Source of the DNA: Armatimonadota bacterium | GTDB lineage: Bacteria > Armatimonadota > HRBIN16 | DNA: 64,000 nt | Assembly (NCBI GenBank): GCA_963677485.1 | Contig: OY781964.1 | Location: 1,792,001 to 1,856,000, forward strand | Direction of reading: 5' to 3' | In this document: positions 48,801 through 58,172 of the stretch, piece by piece | Layout of the letters: each line of letters opens with the position of its first letter | Numbering within the stretch: the stretch's first letter is position 1 | Notes under the pieces: generated by a model | What the model was told of the DNA's origin: nothing | Database searches by the model: none | What the model saw: only the letters and a program-made list of their open reading frames with translations | Position numbers and translations under genes: made by a program

Positions 48801-49450
48801 ACATATAGCTCATCCGCAGGGAACTCCTGCGTGCGTCCGTTGGGAGCTCCTTCGGTGCGGTGACCGTCCCACTCCATGAGCTGGGCAAAGCGGCCGATCT
48901 CAATCTGGGGGCGTTGAGATATCGGAAGACTGGCAGGGTCTGTGATGAATCGGGCATCGCAGAGCACCGGCATATCGCAGGAGAGGCCATCGCCTGCATC
49001 ATCGGTGAGTATTTGCATCATCTGCACCCCCTTCACCTTTAGTGAAAGTGCCACCGGCTTGTCGCCGTTGCGCATGATCTTGCTTTGGTAGATGCGCTTG
49101 CCATCGGCCAGGATCGACATCCGGATGCTGGCGCTGTCGTACTGCTGCTTCTGCACACCCACCTGCGCTTCGAAGCGTTCATACATGCCGCCCAGCTCGA
49201 TCAGCGTCTGGCTAGGAGCGTGGATGCCGATGCCGCGCTTGTAGGGTGTGGTGCCGATCTGCAGCGGCTCTGCCGCCTTGGTGGCCTCGTGTGCGGCACC
49301 GTTGATGCCCATCACACCCCATCCCTGGTTGTGCTGCACGATCAGCGAGAGGTGCTCATCGAGATAATGGGCCTGCGGGGCATCGGCTAAAGCGCCAAGC
49401 CCAATTACCGTGAACATCAGCGTCAAGAGTATCATGAGCCTCGAATGCAT
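45872..49450 (-). CDS. exported NPCBM/NEW2-domain protein with putative (alpha/alpha)6 glycosidase domain, paralog B
   Basis: YKRGIGIHAPS...FEAQVGV...DAGDG NPCBM motif; C-terminal LRLAPFIP..W...LPTRFG. Confidence 0.75.
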   Translation of the reverse strand: MHSRLMILLTLMFTVIGLGALADAPQAHYLDEHLSLIVQHNQGWGVMGINGAAHEATKAAEPLQIGTTPYKRGIGIHAPSQTLIELGGMYERFEAQVGVQKQQYDSASIRMSILADGKRIYQSKIMRNGDKPVALSLKVKGVQMMQILTDDAGDGLSCDMPVLCDARFITDPASLPISQRPQIEIGRFAQLMEWDGHRTEGAPNGRTQEFPADELYVGTPLKANSAGMVKLNPINGLGCVGLEWIERRKLSKMELPVPASSGIKLSQISVQHWVWETKHITGGGSRWQGTWEPFEGDLSLQDGRAVFVPTVNSTRLSTPGSLKIRWLINGVTDSALVGRPLAYSRTLFKPLTIQLRGSGSPTTIELYNCYLQKSPDALNVQWDRKAPLTLKLLVADSNYAPQDSSRLVLKWRDGGCGLGIDDMIKNKRIWAPEFSLEAGLAPLPAGAPTKRGSTILARIQKMPEQSFSQAIKHLTWPEQDAGPTLLSLAAGQHKILAERSGEFSLDWSPTMLAMTQGNIGRSYPWVVTPKLGTKAEFVSRTMLDGYLPSPQVTYHEGKVQYHQSSTVLPLGEAPQGSPAWYRDAVVFVAEYTAMNTGTEAADGSVQISGRVGSNLMAITSDGAVSTIALPNGYSAYLGCDQPGWKSTTEGGAYTASGKLQPGQSAKVWLALPSTSMTTQQLQAQLNLGTPADSLRKYWGSVEKSGAQIELPDPMLQHAIQANRIHCWMAARNEQKGKLVVPWIASTYYGPLESESHSVIRGMMAMGEGDFTQRGLQFFLNQVNDKGYLTTGYTLMGTGWHLWTLGEYASLFPVQEWVKQNAPTITRASQWIADQRLKTMHTNPDGSKVPEWGMMPPGVMADWEVYAPYYYLNGYYYAGLNAASKALASVGVPEAAKLNKDAQDLKECIMRSFNLIRQQAPVVPLADGRWVPMYPTHALCPGPVAALYPGFDVGRSWAYDVELGSHHMVPLGVMAATDAAVEPMLQHMEDTYFLNSGWNRYDEAGNRADWFNRGGYAKVQPYYSRHAEIYAMLDNRKAYIRTYFNNISSLLNKEDLSVWEHFFPGAFNKTHETGGFLHQSRMMMVTDFDDTLRLAPFIPSDWMKGDKPVVVKNLPTRFGVVSYELRPQQKPLRVDAIVQIPTGDLKPARVELCVPMGKIKAVTVNGQAWSHFDAKTGLIDLTGLSGRVELSVK

Positions 49451-49494
49451 TGGTATCCTCCAAGGGTGTATTTAGCATATCCCCATCTGTATTA

Positions 49495-49586
49495 TCCGCG
49501 GATGGACGCAGATGGACACGGATGGGGACGGGGAATGCACGTAGGGGCACGGCGCGCCGTGCCCTGGGGCGAGGCACGCCTCGCCC
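49495..49586. repeat. periodic arm plus two REP-like hairpins
   Basis: (GATGGACGCA/GATGGACACG), GTAGGGGCACGGCGCGCCGTGCCC and GGGCGAGGCACGCCTCGCCC. Confidence 0.7.
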
Positions 49587-49594
49587 AAACGCCA

Positions 49595-52500
49595 TTATTT
49601 CACCGACACCTGCACATTGCCGGTGAGGCCGGTGAGGTCGATGAGCCCAGTCTTCGCGTCAAAGCGGCTCCAAGCCTGACCATTCACACGGACGGAGCTT
49701 ATCTTACCTATTGGTATACACAGCTCCACACGGGCTGGCTTCAGACCGCCCGTAGGAATCTGCACACTGGCCTCAATCCGTGATGGGTTCTTGTGCGGCT
49801 GTATCTCGTAACTCACCACACCGAAGCGGGTGGGCAGGTTCTTCGCCACGATCGGCTTGTCACCCTTCATCCAGTCTGATGGCACGAACGGTGCAAGGCG
49901 CAGCGTGTCATCGAAGTCGGTGACCAGCATCATGCGGCTCTGGTGCAGGAAGCCGCCGGTTTCGTGCGTCTTGTTGAAGGCTCCAAAGAAGAAGTGCTCC
50001 CAAATAGAAAGGTCCTCTTTGTTCAGCAGCGAGGCGATGTTGTTGAAGTAGGTGCGAATGAATGCCTTGCGGTTGTCCAGCATGGCGTAGATTTCGGCAT
50101 GGCGTGAGTAATACGGCTGCACCTTAGCAAACCCGCCGCGGTTGAACCAGTCGGCGCGGTTACCGGCTTCATCGTAGCGGTTCCAACCGCTTTTAAGGAA
50201 GTAGGTGTCCTCCATGTGCTCTATCATCGGCTGCACAGCAGGGTCGGAGGGTGACATCACGCCGAAGGTCACCAGGTGATGGGCACCCAGCTCGATGTCA
50301 TAGCACCAGCTTCGTCCCGCGTCAAAACCCGGGTAGAGGTCCACCACAGGTTCCGGGCAGTAGGCGTGGGTGGGATACATCGGCACCCAGCGGCCATCGT
50401 TGAGCGGTACGACCGGTGCCTGCTGGCTGATGTTGTGGAAGGCGCGCATGATGCACTTGGACATGTCATTCGCTTCCGCATTGAACTCAGCAGCTTCAGG
50501 GATACCTATTGAAGCCAACGCCTGGGCAGCCTGCTTCAGTCCGGCGTAGTAATAGCCGTTCAGGTAGAAGTAATAGGAATAGACCTCCCAGTCGGCCATT
50601 ACGCCAGGAGGCATCAGGCCCCACTCGTCCACTTTGCTGCCATCGGGATTGGTATGCATGGTCTTGTGGCGCTGCTCAATGATCCACTTGCATGTGCGCA
50701 CGAGCGTCTCTGAGTTCTGCTTGACCCAGTCTTTTACAGGATACAGCGAGGCATACTCACCGAGGCACCAGAGGTGCCAGCCGGTGCCCATGACGGTGTA
50801 TCCGGTAGTGAGGTATCCCCTCGGGTTCACCTGATCTTCGAAGAACTGCAGGCCGCGCTGAGCGAAGTCCTGCTCGCCCATCACCATCATGCCGCGGATT
50901 ACGGCGTGCGATTCGCTCTCCAGCGGACCGTAGTTGGTGGAGGCGATCCAGGGGGCTACTATGTTGCCCTTGGACTCGTTGCGGGCGGCCATCCAGCAGT
51001 GGATGCGGCTGGCCTGAATAGTGTGCTGCAGCATGGCATCGGGCAGTTGAATCTGTGTGGCGTTCTTTTCCACTAAATTCCAGTAGCTGCGCAGCGAATC
51101 TTCCGGATTGCCACCAGCCAGTTTGGCTTGAACCTGCTGCGCGGTCATATCGGTGCTGGGTATCACCAGCCACATTTTGGCCGATTGGCCAGGCTGCAAC
51201 ATGCCAGAAGCGGTGTAGGTGTTGCTCTTTGCGTTACCGGTGAAGCTGGCGCCTTCGCACCACATCCATGCGGTATACCCATTTGGCAGGCTGATCCTGC
51301 TGATGTTGCCTTCGGTGGCTATATTCTGCGGCTCGCTGCCCACTCTGGCGCTCATCTGCACAGAGGCTGCGGCTGCGTCCTTCCCGGTGTTCGTGGCGGT
51401 GATTTGCTGCACGTACATCACAGCATCCCGGTACCAGCTCGGTGAGCCTTGAGGGGCGTCGCCCAGAGGCAGCACGCTGCCGCTCTGATGGTAACGCACT
51501 TTTCCTTCGATGTGGTCGATCTGCGGCGACGGCAGGTAGCCGTCCAGCATGGTTCGTGACACGAATTCGGCCTTATTCACTCCGATTTTGGGCGCGATGA
51601 CCCAGCTGTAGCTGCGTCCGATGCCGCCCTGCACCATCGCCAGGATGCTGAGGCTCCAGTCGAAGTTGATCTCGCCGGTTCGTTCCGCCAGTATCTTGTG
51701 CTGGCCAGCGGCTAGTGATAAAAGCGTCGGGCCTGTGTCCTTCTCCGGCCACGCAAGCGCCTTGAGGGCCTGCTTGAATGTCTGCTCGGGCATACTTTGG
51801 ATGCGGGTCAGTGTGGTTTCGCCATGTTTGACCGGCGCGCTTTTCGGCAGCGGAGCGATACCGGCTTCAAGATTGTACTCCGGTGCCCAGATGCGCTTAT
51901 TGTTGATCATATCATTGATGCTCAAACCGCATCCGCCACCGGCCCACTTCAGCACCAGCCGAGAACTGTCCTGCGGCGAGTAGTGGCTTTCAAACATGAT
52001 CAGCTTGAGGGTGAGCGGCGACTTGCGGTCCCAATTCACGCTCAAGGCATCTGGTGAATCCGCCAGATAGCAATTATAGAGTTGGATGCTGGCTGGTGAG
52101 CTGCCCACACCACGGAGCTGCACTGTGACGGGGCTGGCCAGGGTGCGCGTGTAGACCAGCGGGCGGCCAACAAAAGCGGCTGCGCTTAGACCGTTGATCA
52201 GCCAGCGCACTTTCAACACGCCGCCCACGGTGATCTGTGCCCCCAGTGAGGTCGTGCTGAACACCACGCGGCCGTCCTTCACGCTGAGCTGACCATTCAT
52301 CGATACCCAGGCACCTTGCCAGCGAGAGCCGCCGTTCATGTACTTAGGCTCCCAAGCCCACTGCTGCAGCGTGACTTGTGAGGGTTTGATACTGCTTCCT
52401 GCGGTGATCGGCAGCTCCAGGCGGCTGATGCGCCGTCGCTCGATCCACTCCAGCCCGATGCAGCCAAGCCCGTTGATGGGGTTGACCTTCACCAGGCCGT

Positions 52501-53176
52501 CGGTATTTGCCTTGACCGGGGTGCCGAGGAACAGCTCATCTGCAGGGAACTCCTCGGTGCGGCCGTTCGGACTACCCTCGGTGCGATGGCCATCCCACTC
52601 CATGAGTTGGGCAAAACGGCCGATCTCCATCTGCTGGACCTGCGTTCTGCGCACACCTTTAGGGTCGACAGTCAATCGGGCGTTACACAGGTTGAAGGCG
52701 TCGCACATGAAGCCATCGCCGGCATCATCGGTGACTATCTCCAGTATCTGTGCGCCTTTGATCTTCAGCGAGATTTTCACCGGCTGATCGCCGTTGCGCA
52801 TCAGGCCGCTTTTGTAGATGCGTTTGCCATCAGCCAGGATGGTGAGGTGTACGCTGCCCTCAACTTGCGGCTGCTTATGCACACCGACCTCGGCCTCAAA
52901 AAGCTGATACTGACCACCGAGGTCCAGGATCGTCTGGCCGGCGGCATGGATGCCCAGGCCGCGCTTGTATGGCACGGAGCCAATCTGCAGCGGCTGTGTG
53001 GCACCTGCAGGATCGTGAGCGGCGACATTGATCCCCAACTGTCCCCAGCCCTGGCTGTGCTGCACGATCAGCTGCAGATGGTCATCAAGGTAATGCACCT
53101 GCGGCGTATCGGCTGAAACACGCAGTCCCATTGTGATAAACAGGAGCGCAAACACGAGAGATAGCTTAGAAAGCAT
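49595..53176 (-). CDS. exported NPCBM/NEW2-domain protein with putative (alpha/alpha)6 glycosidase domain, paralog A
   Basis: Collinear with 45872-49450 along its full length; GGAGG RBS before ATG 53176. Confidence 0.75.
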   Translation of the reverse strand: MLSKLSLVFALLFITMGLRVSADTPQVHYLDDHLQLIVQHSQGWGQLGINVAAHDPAGATQPLQIGSVPYKRGLGIHAAGQTILDLGGQYQLFEAEVGVHKQPQVEGSVHLTILADGKRIYKSGLMRNGDQPVKISLKIKGAQILEIVTDDAGDGFMCDAFNLCNARLTVDPKGVRRTQVQQMEIGRFAQLMEWDGHRTEGSPNGRTEEFPADELFLGTPVKANTDGLVKVNPINGLGCIGLEWIERRRISRLELPITAGSSIKPSQVTLQQWAWEPKYMNGGSRWQGAWVSMNGQLSVKDGRVVFSTTSLGAQITVGGVLKVRWLINGLSAAAFVGRPLVYTRTLASPVTVQLRGVGSSPASIQLYNCYLADSPDALSVNWDRKSPLTLKLIMFESHYSPQDSSRLVLKWAGGGCGLSINDMINNKRIWAPEYNLEAGIAPLPKSAPVKHGETTLTRIQSMPEQTFKQALKALAWPEKDTGPTLLSLAAGQHKILAERTGEINFDWSLSILAMVQGGIGRSYSWVIAPKIGVNKAEFVSRTMLDGYLPSPQIDHIEGKVRYHQSGSVLPLGDAPQGSPSWYRDAVMYVQQITATNTGKDAAAASVQMSARVGSEPQNIATEGNISRISLPNGYTAWMWCEGASFTGNAKSNTYTASGMLQPGQSAKMWLVIPSTDMTAQQVQAKLAGGNPEDSLRSYWNLVEKNATQIQLPDAMLQHTIQASRIHCWMAARNESKGNIVAPWIASTNYGPLESESHAVIRGMMVMGEQDFAQRGLQFFEDQVNPRGYLTTGYTVMGTGWHLWCLGEYASLYPVKDWVKQNSETLVRTCKWIIEQRHKTMHTNPDGSKVDEWGLMPPGVMADWEVYSYYFYLNGYYYAGLKQAAQALASIGIPEAAEFNAEANDMSKCIMRAFHNISQQAPVVPLNDGRWVPMYPTHAYCPEPVVDLYPGFDAGRSWCYDIELGAHHLVTFGVMSPSDPAVQPMIEHMEDTYFLKSGWNRYDEAGNRADWFNRGGFAKVQPYYSRHAEIYAMLDNRKAFIRTYFNNIASLLNKEDLSIWEHFFFGAFNKTHETGGFLHQSRMMLVTDFDDTLRLAPFVPSDWMKGDKPIVAKNLPTRFGVVSYEIQPHKNPSRIEASVQIPTGGLKPARVELCIPIGKISSVRVNGQAWSRFDAKTGLIDLTGLTGNVQVSVK

Positions 53177-53202
53177 ACGGTCCTCCGGCTTGAAATTTAG
53201 CA

Positions 53203-53277
53203 TATATGGCCTTAGTTTACACGCGGACTGAAGCAAGTTGAATAGAATTTATGGCACAATATTTGTCATTCTGTGCA
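53203..53277 (-). promoter_or_regulatory. sigma70-type promoter with upstream activator site
   Basis: TTCAAC-17-TAAACT plus GCACA-N13-TGTGC; same layout at 56516-56590. Confidence 0.65.
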
Positions 53278-53390
53278 AATTGGGTGATATTGGATCAAGG
53301 ATGGTAATTTGGGGCTGTTTTGAAGGCGGGCGGGGGTGAACCCGCCCTTGATTGAGGATTCCCGAAAGACCGGCCCGAAGGAAACAACAA

Positions 53391-53605
53391 TCCACAGATT
53401 ACTCAGATTACACAGATTTTGGTAATGACCGCGCCGGTTTCTCAGTACGCTGCCAATTTCTATGCAGCCCGTCTCCGGCGCGGTCTGGCGGCTAGCCCTC
53501 TCTCTCCATCCGAACCTATCCGTGTAATCCGTGTAATCCGTGGTTCAGACAAAAGGCTGGCGGATAACCCGTATTTCCGTTCCCTTCGCGTCTTCGCGTG
53601 AAACT
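53391..53605. repeat. nested palindromic element with 9-bp-periodic arms
   Basis: CCACAGATTACTCAGATTACACAGATT vs ATCCGTGTAATCCGTGTAATCCGTGG enclosing GACCGCGCCGG/CCGGCGCGGTC. Confidence 0.7.
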
Positions 53606-53617
53606 AACCACCGCCCT

Positions 53618-56458
53618 CTACGGCGTCTCCTCGTAGTAAACCACCAGCGAGTTTTCACCCATATGCGTGACTCCCAGCAGATCAACCCAGCGGGTGAGGT
53701 AGCCTCGGTTGCGCGGGTAGCGGTATTCATTCACCGCCACAGGTTGGCCGTTGATCCACACCGACAGCTTCGCCACCGAAGGGTTTGAGCTGATGGGCAG
53801 CACCAGGATGGGGTGATCGTAGAAGCCCGGTTCACAGCCGTAGGAGTTGATGAACGGCAATGTGATGCTGCTGGAACACCACCAGCTCTTGCTGCTGCCC
53901 AGCTCTTTCGGGCTGGAGATAGCTTGCAATACCGGCTCATCCTTCTTGACCGTCCTGGCTGGAACTGTGCTGCGTGTGGTGAGCAGCGTGAACTCCGTCG
54001 GCTGCATCTCGCCGAAGGCGTTATCCACGTACGCCCCACCGAAGTGGGCCAGCGCACCGGTCTGAGAGGCTCCGTCTGCCGAGAGCGGCGTCTGGATGCT
54101 GTGCGTGGAAGGTAACCCGGCTGGCCAGTTTTGCTTCATGCCTTCGTCGAGGCTGCCGGGCATTACCTGCCAGCGACGGATCTCAGTGGTGGGCGTCTGC
54201 CGTCGGAAAGTGAGGTCAACCTCGGCCCCTAATGAGTCTGACTTCGTCAGCTTCGCCTGGGTGACCTCGAATGGCCAGTGACGGCGGTCCATCTCCGGAA
54301 TATCGGTGCGTATCTCCAAACCTTTCACCTCGGCGGAGCCATTCGGCAGCACCACCATGGCTTTTTCGGAGCTGCCCTGGAAGCCCGAGGTTTTTACGAG
54401 GTAGCCATCGGCGGTTTGTGTAACACTGCCGGGCAGACCGTATAGACGAGGTTTGGTCACGCTTTTGGGGGCTGGCCGCACCTCCAGCACGATCACCTCC
54501 TGAGCAGGCGCATCGATCAACAACGACTGGCCGATCTTCACAAACGGACCATTTTCCGTCAACCGCATCCGTTCGGAGGGGTAGAGCTCCACCAGCTCGC
54601 AATCTGCGGAGCCAGAGAAGCCAAGCCGGGCGTCCAGCGGCACCTCAACCTGCTTGCTCCAGTAGTTCGGGTTCACGATGAAGATGAAACCGCGGCCGTT
54701 CTGGGCATGGCTGTAGATCTCCACGCCGCCGGGCTGCGGGTCATCACCCATGTGGTAGGTGCGCTTCCACAGCTCGAAGTTCTTCTTCAGGAATTTGGTC
54801 CATTTGGTGTAGAAGCTCTGCACCTTCGCCTGATTGGTTGGGCTCAGCTCATCATACCAGGGGCGTACCTCCGCCAGGCAGAGGTTGGGTGTGACCGCGA
54901 CGGTCGAAAGAGCACCGTACTCGTAGTTCTTGCGGATGTCGGGCACCACGGAATTCTGACTGAAGAAATACTGGCAGTTCGTGTAGTATCGATACGGCAG
55001 GAACCGCGAGTAATGCAGGTTGACCATCTGCTCACGACGGGCGTCATCCAGCAGACGGGTCATGTTCAGCCCCTGCCACGGAGAGGCGATGAAGGGGTCG
55101 GTCAGGTAGAGGCACGGGGTATACCATGCCAGCTTGGGCAGCAGTTCCGACCAGCAGCCGGAGTTCGGCCAGATCATCATCGTGGGAGAAGTGGCATTCA
55201 CCGCCTCAGCGAAGTCCACCAGACCCTTCACCTGTGCGTAGATGCTGTCCTCCCCTACCGGATGCCCGTGCGCAGCGTTCTGGCACTGTCCGATGCTCAG
55301 GAAGTCCAGCGCGTGCATCTCAAATCCGTATTTTTTACAGGTCTTCACCACCGTATCGGTATACCACTTTTGGAATTTGCCGTAACCAAAGCAGGGGTAT
55401 AGATCAGTGCCCTGCAGAGTGTTGTTGTACTGGTTGTAGTGCTGACAGAACACCGCAGTGGTGCCCGAATAGTCACCGATGCGCACGCCGTTCTTCTTCG
55501 CGTGGGCGACGATGCTCTCCACCAGCTCCGGTTTCGGGTCTGAGGCCACCCAGTCAAACACCCCTGGGAAGACCTGGTAATACTCCATACCCAGCTTGGG
55601 CAGCAGGGTGATTTCACGGCGCAGGATGTCCTGATTGATGGACAGGGTGGGGTGGTCCTTCATCGTGTAGAAGATGGCCCCATTTTGTATCTGCGTATAG
55701 CGGTTCACGATGCAGGCACTGGTGAACATCGGCTTCTCAAAGCGGGGCTTTTGGTGGCCCTGGATGTAGCGGTCCATCGCCTCCACTTCGCCCTCGTAAT
55801 AACCGTAGCGCATTTTGCCGGTGATCTCGGTGGCACCCAGCGTCAGCGAGTGGCAATTGTAGGTCTCATCAGCTTTGAGCGCCTTAAAAGGGGGATAGGT
55901 GATGTTGAACTGTCCGCCTGCCTGACGAACCTTCGAGTAGGGGAAGTCCAGCGAGGCAAACAGTCCCGCCTGTTGCTGTCGGCAGAAGATCGCGATGTCC
56001 AGCAGGCTGGTACTGGCCGTCAGCGGCTGAAGCTGCTCCGGTATCTGCTGCATGGTCACCCGCTGCACGGTCAGAGCATTGAGCGGCTCAAGGCTGAGCT
56101 GTTTTGTGATTCGGCCCGGACCTGAGAGCGTATACTTCGCCATCCAGCGGAAGAGGCTGTTCTGGCCCACAAACACCGCCTCTTTAGCGGGATTGCCCAC
56201 AGGCTTTGCGAGCCTTGCCTCTGAGCCAGCGGAGCTCTGAGAGCCTTTATCGGTATCCACCACCCAGCAGAGTGAGGCGGGAGCTTCCAGTCTCACTTTG
56301 TGTGTGACCAACTGGGTCTCCTGCAGCCCGCTGCTGCCATAACTGAGCTCCACCGATAACAACTCGTCACCCACTGTGACCGTGCCGCACTGAGCCGCAC
56401 CGCTCAACATCAAGCCTGGCAGCAGCGAAAGGATAATTCCTGTATTACTTAACTTCAT
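53618..56458 (-). CDS. large exported protein, possible glycoside hydrolase
   Basis: Signal peptide, 946 aa, aromatic-rich central region, carbohydrate gene context. Confidence 0.55.
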   Translation of the reverse strand: MKLSNTGIILSLLPGLMLSGAAQCGTVTVGDELLSVELSYGSSGLQETQLVTHKVRLEAPASLCWVVDTDKGSQSSAGSEARLAKPVGNPAKEAVFVGQNSLFRWMAKYTLSGPGRITKQLSLEPLNALTVQRVTMQQIPEQLQPLTASTSLLDIAIFCRQQQAGLFASLDFPYSKVRQAGGQFNITYPPFKALKADETYNCHSLTLGATEITGKMRYGYYEGEVEAMDRYIQGHQKPRFEKPMFTSACIVNRYTQIQNGAIFYTMKDHPTLSINQDILRREITLLPKLGMEYYQVFPGVFDWVASDPKPELVESIVAHAKKNGVRIGDYSGTTAVFCQHYNQYNNTLQGTDLYPCFGYGKFQKWYTDTVVKTCKKYGFEMHALDFLSIGQCQNAAHGHPVGEDSIYAQVKGLVDFAEAVNATSPTMMIWPNSGCWSELLPKLAWYTPCLYLTDPFIASPWQGLNMTRLLDDARREQMVNLHYSRFLPYRYYTNCQYFFSQNSVVPDIRKNYEYGALSTVAVTPNLCLAEVRPWYDELSPTNQAKVQSFYTKWTKFLKKNFELWKRTYHMGDDPQPGGVEIYSHAQNGRGFIFIVNPNYWSKQVEVPLDARLGFSGSADCELVELYPSERMRLTENGPFVKIGQSLLIDAPAQEVIVLEVRPAPKSVTKPRLYGLPGSVTQTADGYLVKTSGFQGSSEKAMVVLPNGSAEVKGLEIRTDIPEMDRRHWPFEVTQAKLTKSDSLGAEVDLTFRRQTPTTEIRRWQVMPGSLDEGMKQNWPAGLPSTHSIQTPLSADGASQTGALAHFGGAYVDNAFGEMQPTEFTLLTTRSTVPARTVKKDEPVLQAISSPKELGSSKSWWCSSSITLPFINSYGCEPGFYDHPILVLPISSNPSVAKLSVWINGQPVAVNEYRYPRNRGYLTRWVDLLGVTHMGENSLVVYYEETP

Positions 56459-56515
56459 ACTTCCCCCTTGCGTTCATATACCCATGGAATTTGCCGGTCA
56501 ACCGTATTATGACCG

Positions 56516-56590
56516 TATATGAGCTTAGTTTACTCATATGGTGAGGCCAGGTGAATGGATACAGTGGCACATTCTTTGCCAATCTGTGCA
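56516..56590 (-). promoter_or_regulatory. sigma70-type promoter with upstream activator site
   Basis: TTCACC-17-TAAACT plus GCACA-N13-TGTGC. Confidence 0.65.
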
Positions 56591-56725
56591 TGTCGGATTC
56601 GCCGTTTTTAGGTAGTTATCAACTCCAAACTGGCGCGGTAGCCTTCCTGGTTTGGTATCGGGAACAAGACCGGCTCGGTCCATAGACCAATCCATTTAAC
56701 ACAAATACATCACGCAGCACAGTTC

Positions 56726-56948
56726 GGTCCGGGCACCCACAAAGTGGGTAAGATTCTTATAGCCACGGGTGAGCGCCAGCGAAACCCGTGGTGAGCGGTG
56801 CATTGTTCCTACCCCGAAGTGGGTCGAACCTGATGGTCACGGAAACCGACCCACGTTCGTGGGTAGATGGTTTCGGACTGCCCTCCACGGGTTGCGCTTC
56901 GCTTACCCGTGGCTATAAGAATCTTACCCACTCCGTGGGTGCCGGACC
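56726..56948. repeat. long palindromic MITE-like element
   Basis: About 60-bp imperfect terminal inverted repeats (GTGGGTAAGATTCTTATAGCCACGGGT / ACCCGTGGCTATAAGAATCTTACCCAC). Confidence 0.85.
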
Positions 56949-57164
56949 ATCAAGAGCACATTTTATGCTCTTTCCATACCATTACCTTAATACAAAACTC
57001 GCGTTGTGGGTTATGGTTGGTCTATGGCCAGCGGCCATTGATAGCCGCTTGCCAGACCGACCCGGACAGTGGCAGCCAAGGTGATGTACAAGCAAACATA
57101 TGCGATCAGTGGTATAAATAGTTGGCTCACCGAATTTACCAATTCATGCAAACAAGAGGATGAG

Positions 57165-58052
57165 ATGGCACAGTATATAAATGGACACACCTGGCGTAGA
57201 AGAACCGAGACCCAACCTTGCCTGTTGTGTGCGGTGCAGACCGAAATCGACAACGATGGCGGTACCTCAGCCTGCAACAATGCTGTGTGGGTGCTGGACT
57301 ACAGTTGGGGGGCCTGCGGCGACTATCGCGTGCCCAGCCACACCTCAGAGTGGTGCGCCCGTAAGCCGCTGGAGGCGCACCTGTATGCACCGGGATGCAG
57401 TTACTGGGAGCGTATGCGGTACAGCAAACAGCGCTGCGCTTTTATGTTGTTTGACTGGGACAAACCGACGGCACCTTTAGCGTCCGTCGTCGAACACGGG
57501 TATGGAATCATCCGCGATACTGAAGGTGCTCTGGGGCAAGCCATCAAGGCCACTGCACTTCTTGGACAGACCCTGGGCGAGGATGGCTTCTGGCAGGCCC
57601 AGGCGGAGCTCTGCAAGGTTCTGGCTCTGCTGCAGGATGTGGTGTGGGATGGCACCCAGGGTTGGCTGGGCCCATCGCAGATCACCAGCGTCAAAGCCTG
57701 GGAGAACGAAGTGCGGCAACTGATCGCCAAACACACCCATGAAACCCTGAGCCTGGACGAACTGGCCTCCGAGCTGGGTGTCAGCCGCAGCACGCTTTCG
57801 CATCGCTACCAGGCCGCCACGGGCGAGAGTCCGATGCAGTGCCACGCCCAGTTCCGACTCACCGAGGCGCGGAAACGGCTGCTCACCGGCCAGCCCGTTA
57901 CGCAGGTCGCCATGGAATTGGGGTTTGGTGACATCTATCACTTCTCGCGCTTCTTTAAACGCTGGCAAGGGGTCTCGCCGCGGGAATACGCCCGTTCGTT
58001 CTTCCGTATGGACACACACTGTACTGAAACTGATGTCATAGTGAACAGTTAG
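57165..58052 (+). CDS. AraC family transcriptional regulator
   Basis: LDELASELGVSRSTL...VAMELGFGDIYHFSRFFKRWQGVSPREY. Confidence 0.93.
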   Translation: MAQYINGHTWRRRTETQPCLLCAVQTEIDNDGGTSACNNAVWVLDYSWGACGDYRVPSHTSEWCARKPLEAHLYAPGCSYWERMRYSKQRCAFMLFDWDKPTAPLASVVEHGYGIIRDTEGALGQAIKATALLGQTLGEDGFWQAQAELCKVLALLQDVVWDGTQGWLGPSQITSVKAWENEVRQLIAKHTHETLSLDELASELGVSRSTLSHRYQAATGESPMQCHAQFRLTEARKRLLTGQPVTQVAMELGFGDIYHFSRFFKRWQGVSPREYARSFFRMDTHCTETDVIVNS

Positions 58053-58172
58053 CCCGGGAGTCAGCCGAAATCCCCCCGATATCACCATCTGATGCGTGAA
58101 CACGGCTTGTTTTGGATAACCTACCTTCAGGAACACAACCTAATCGAAATCACATCTGGAGGATACCGACAT

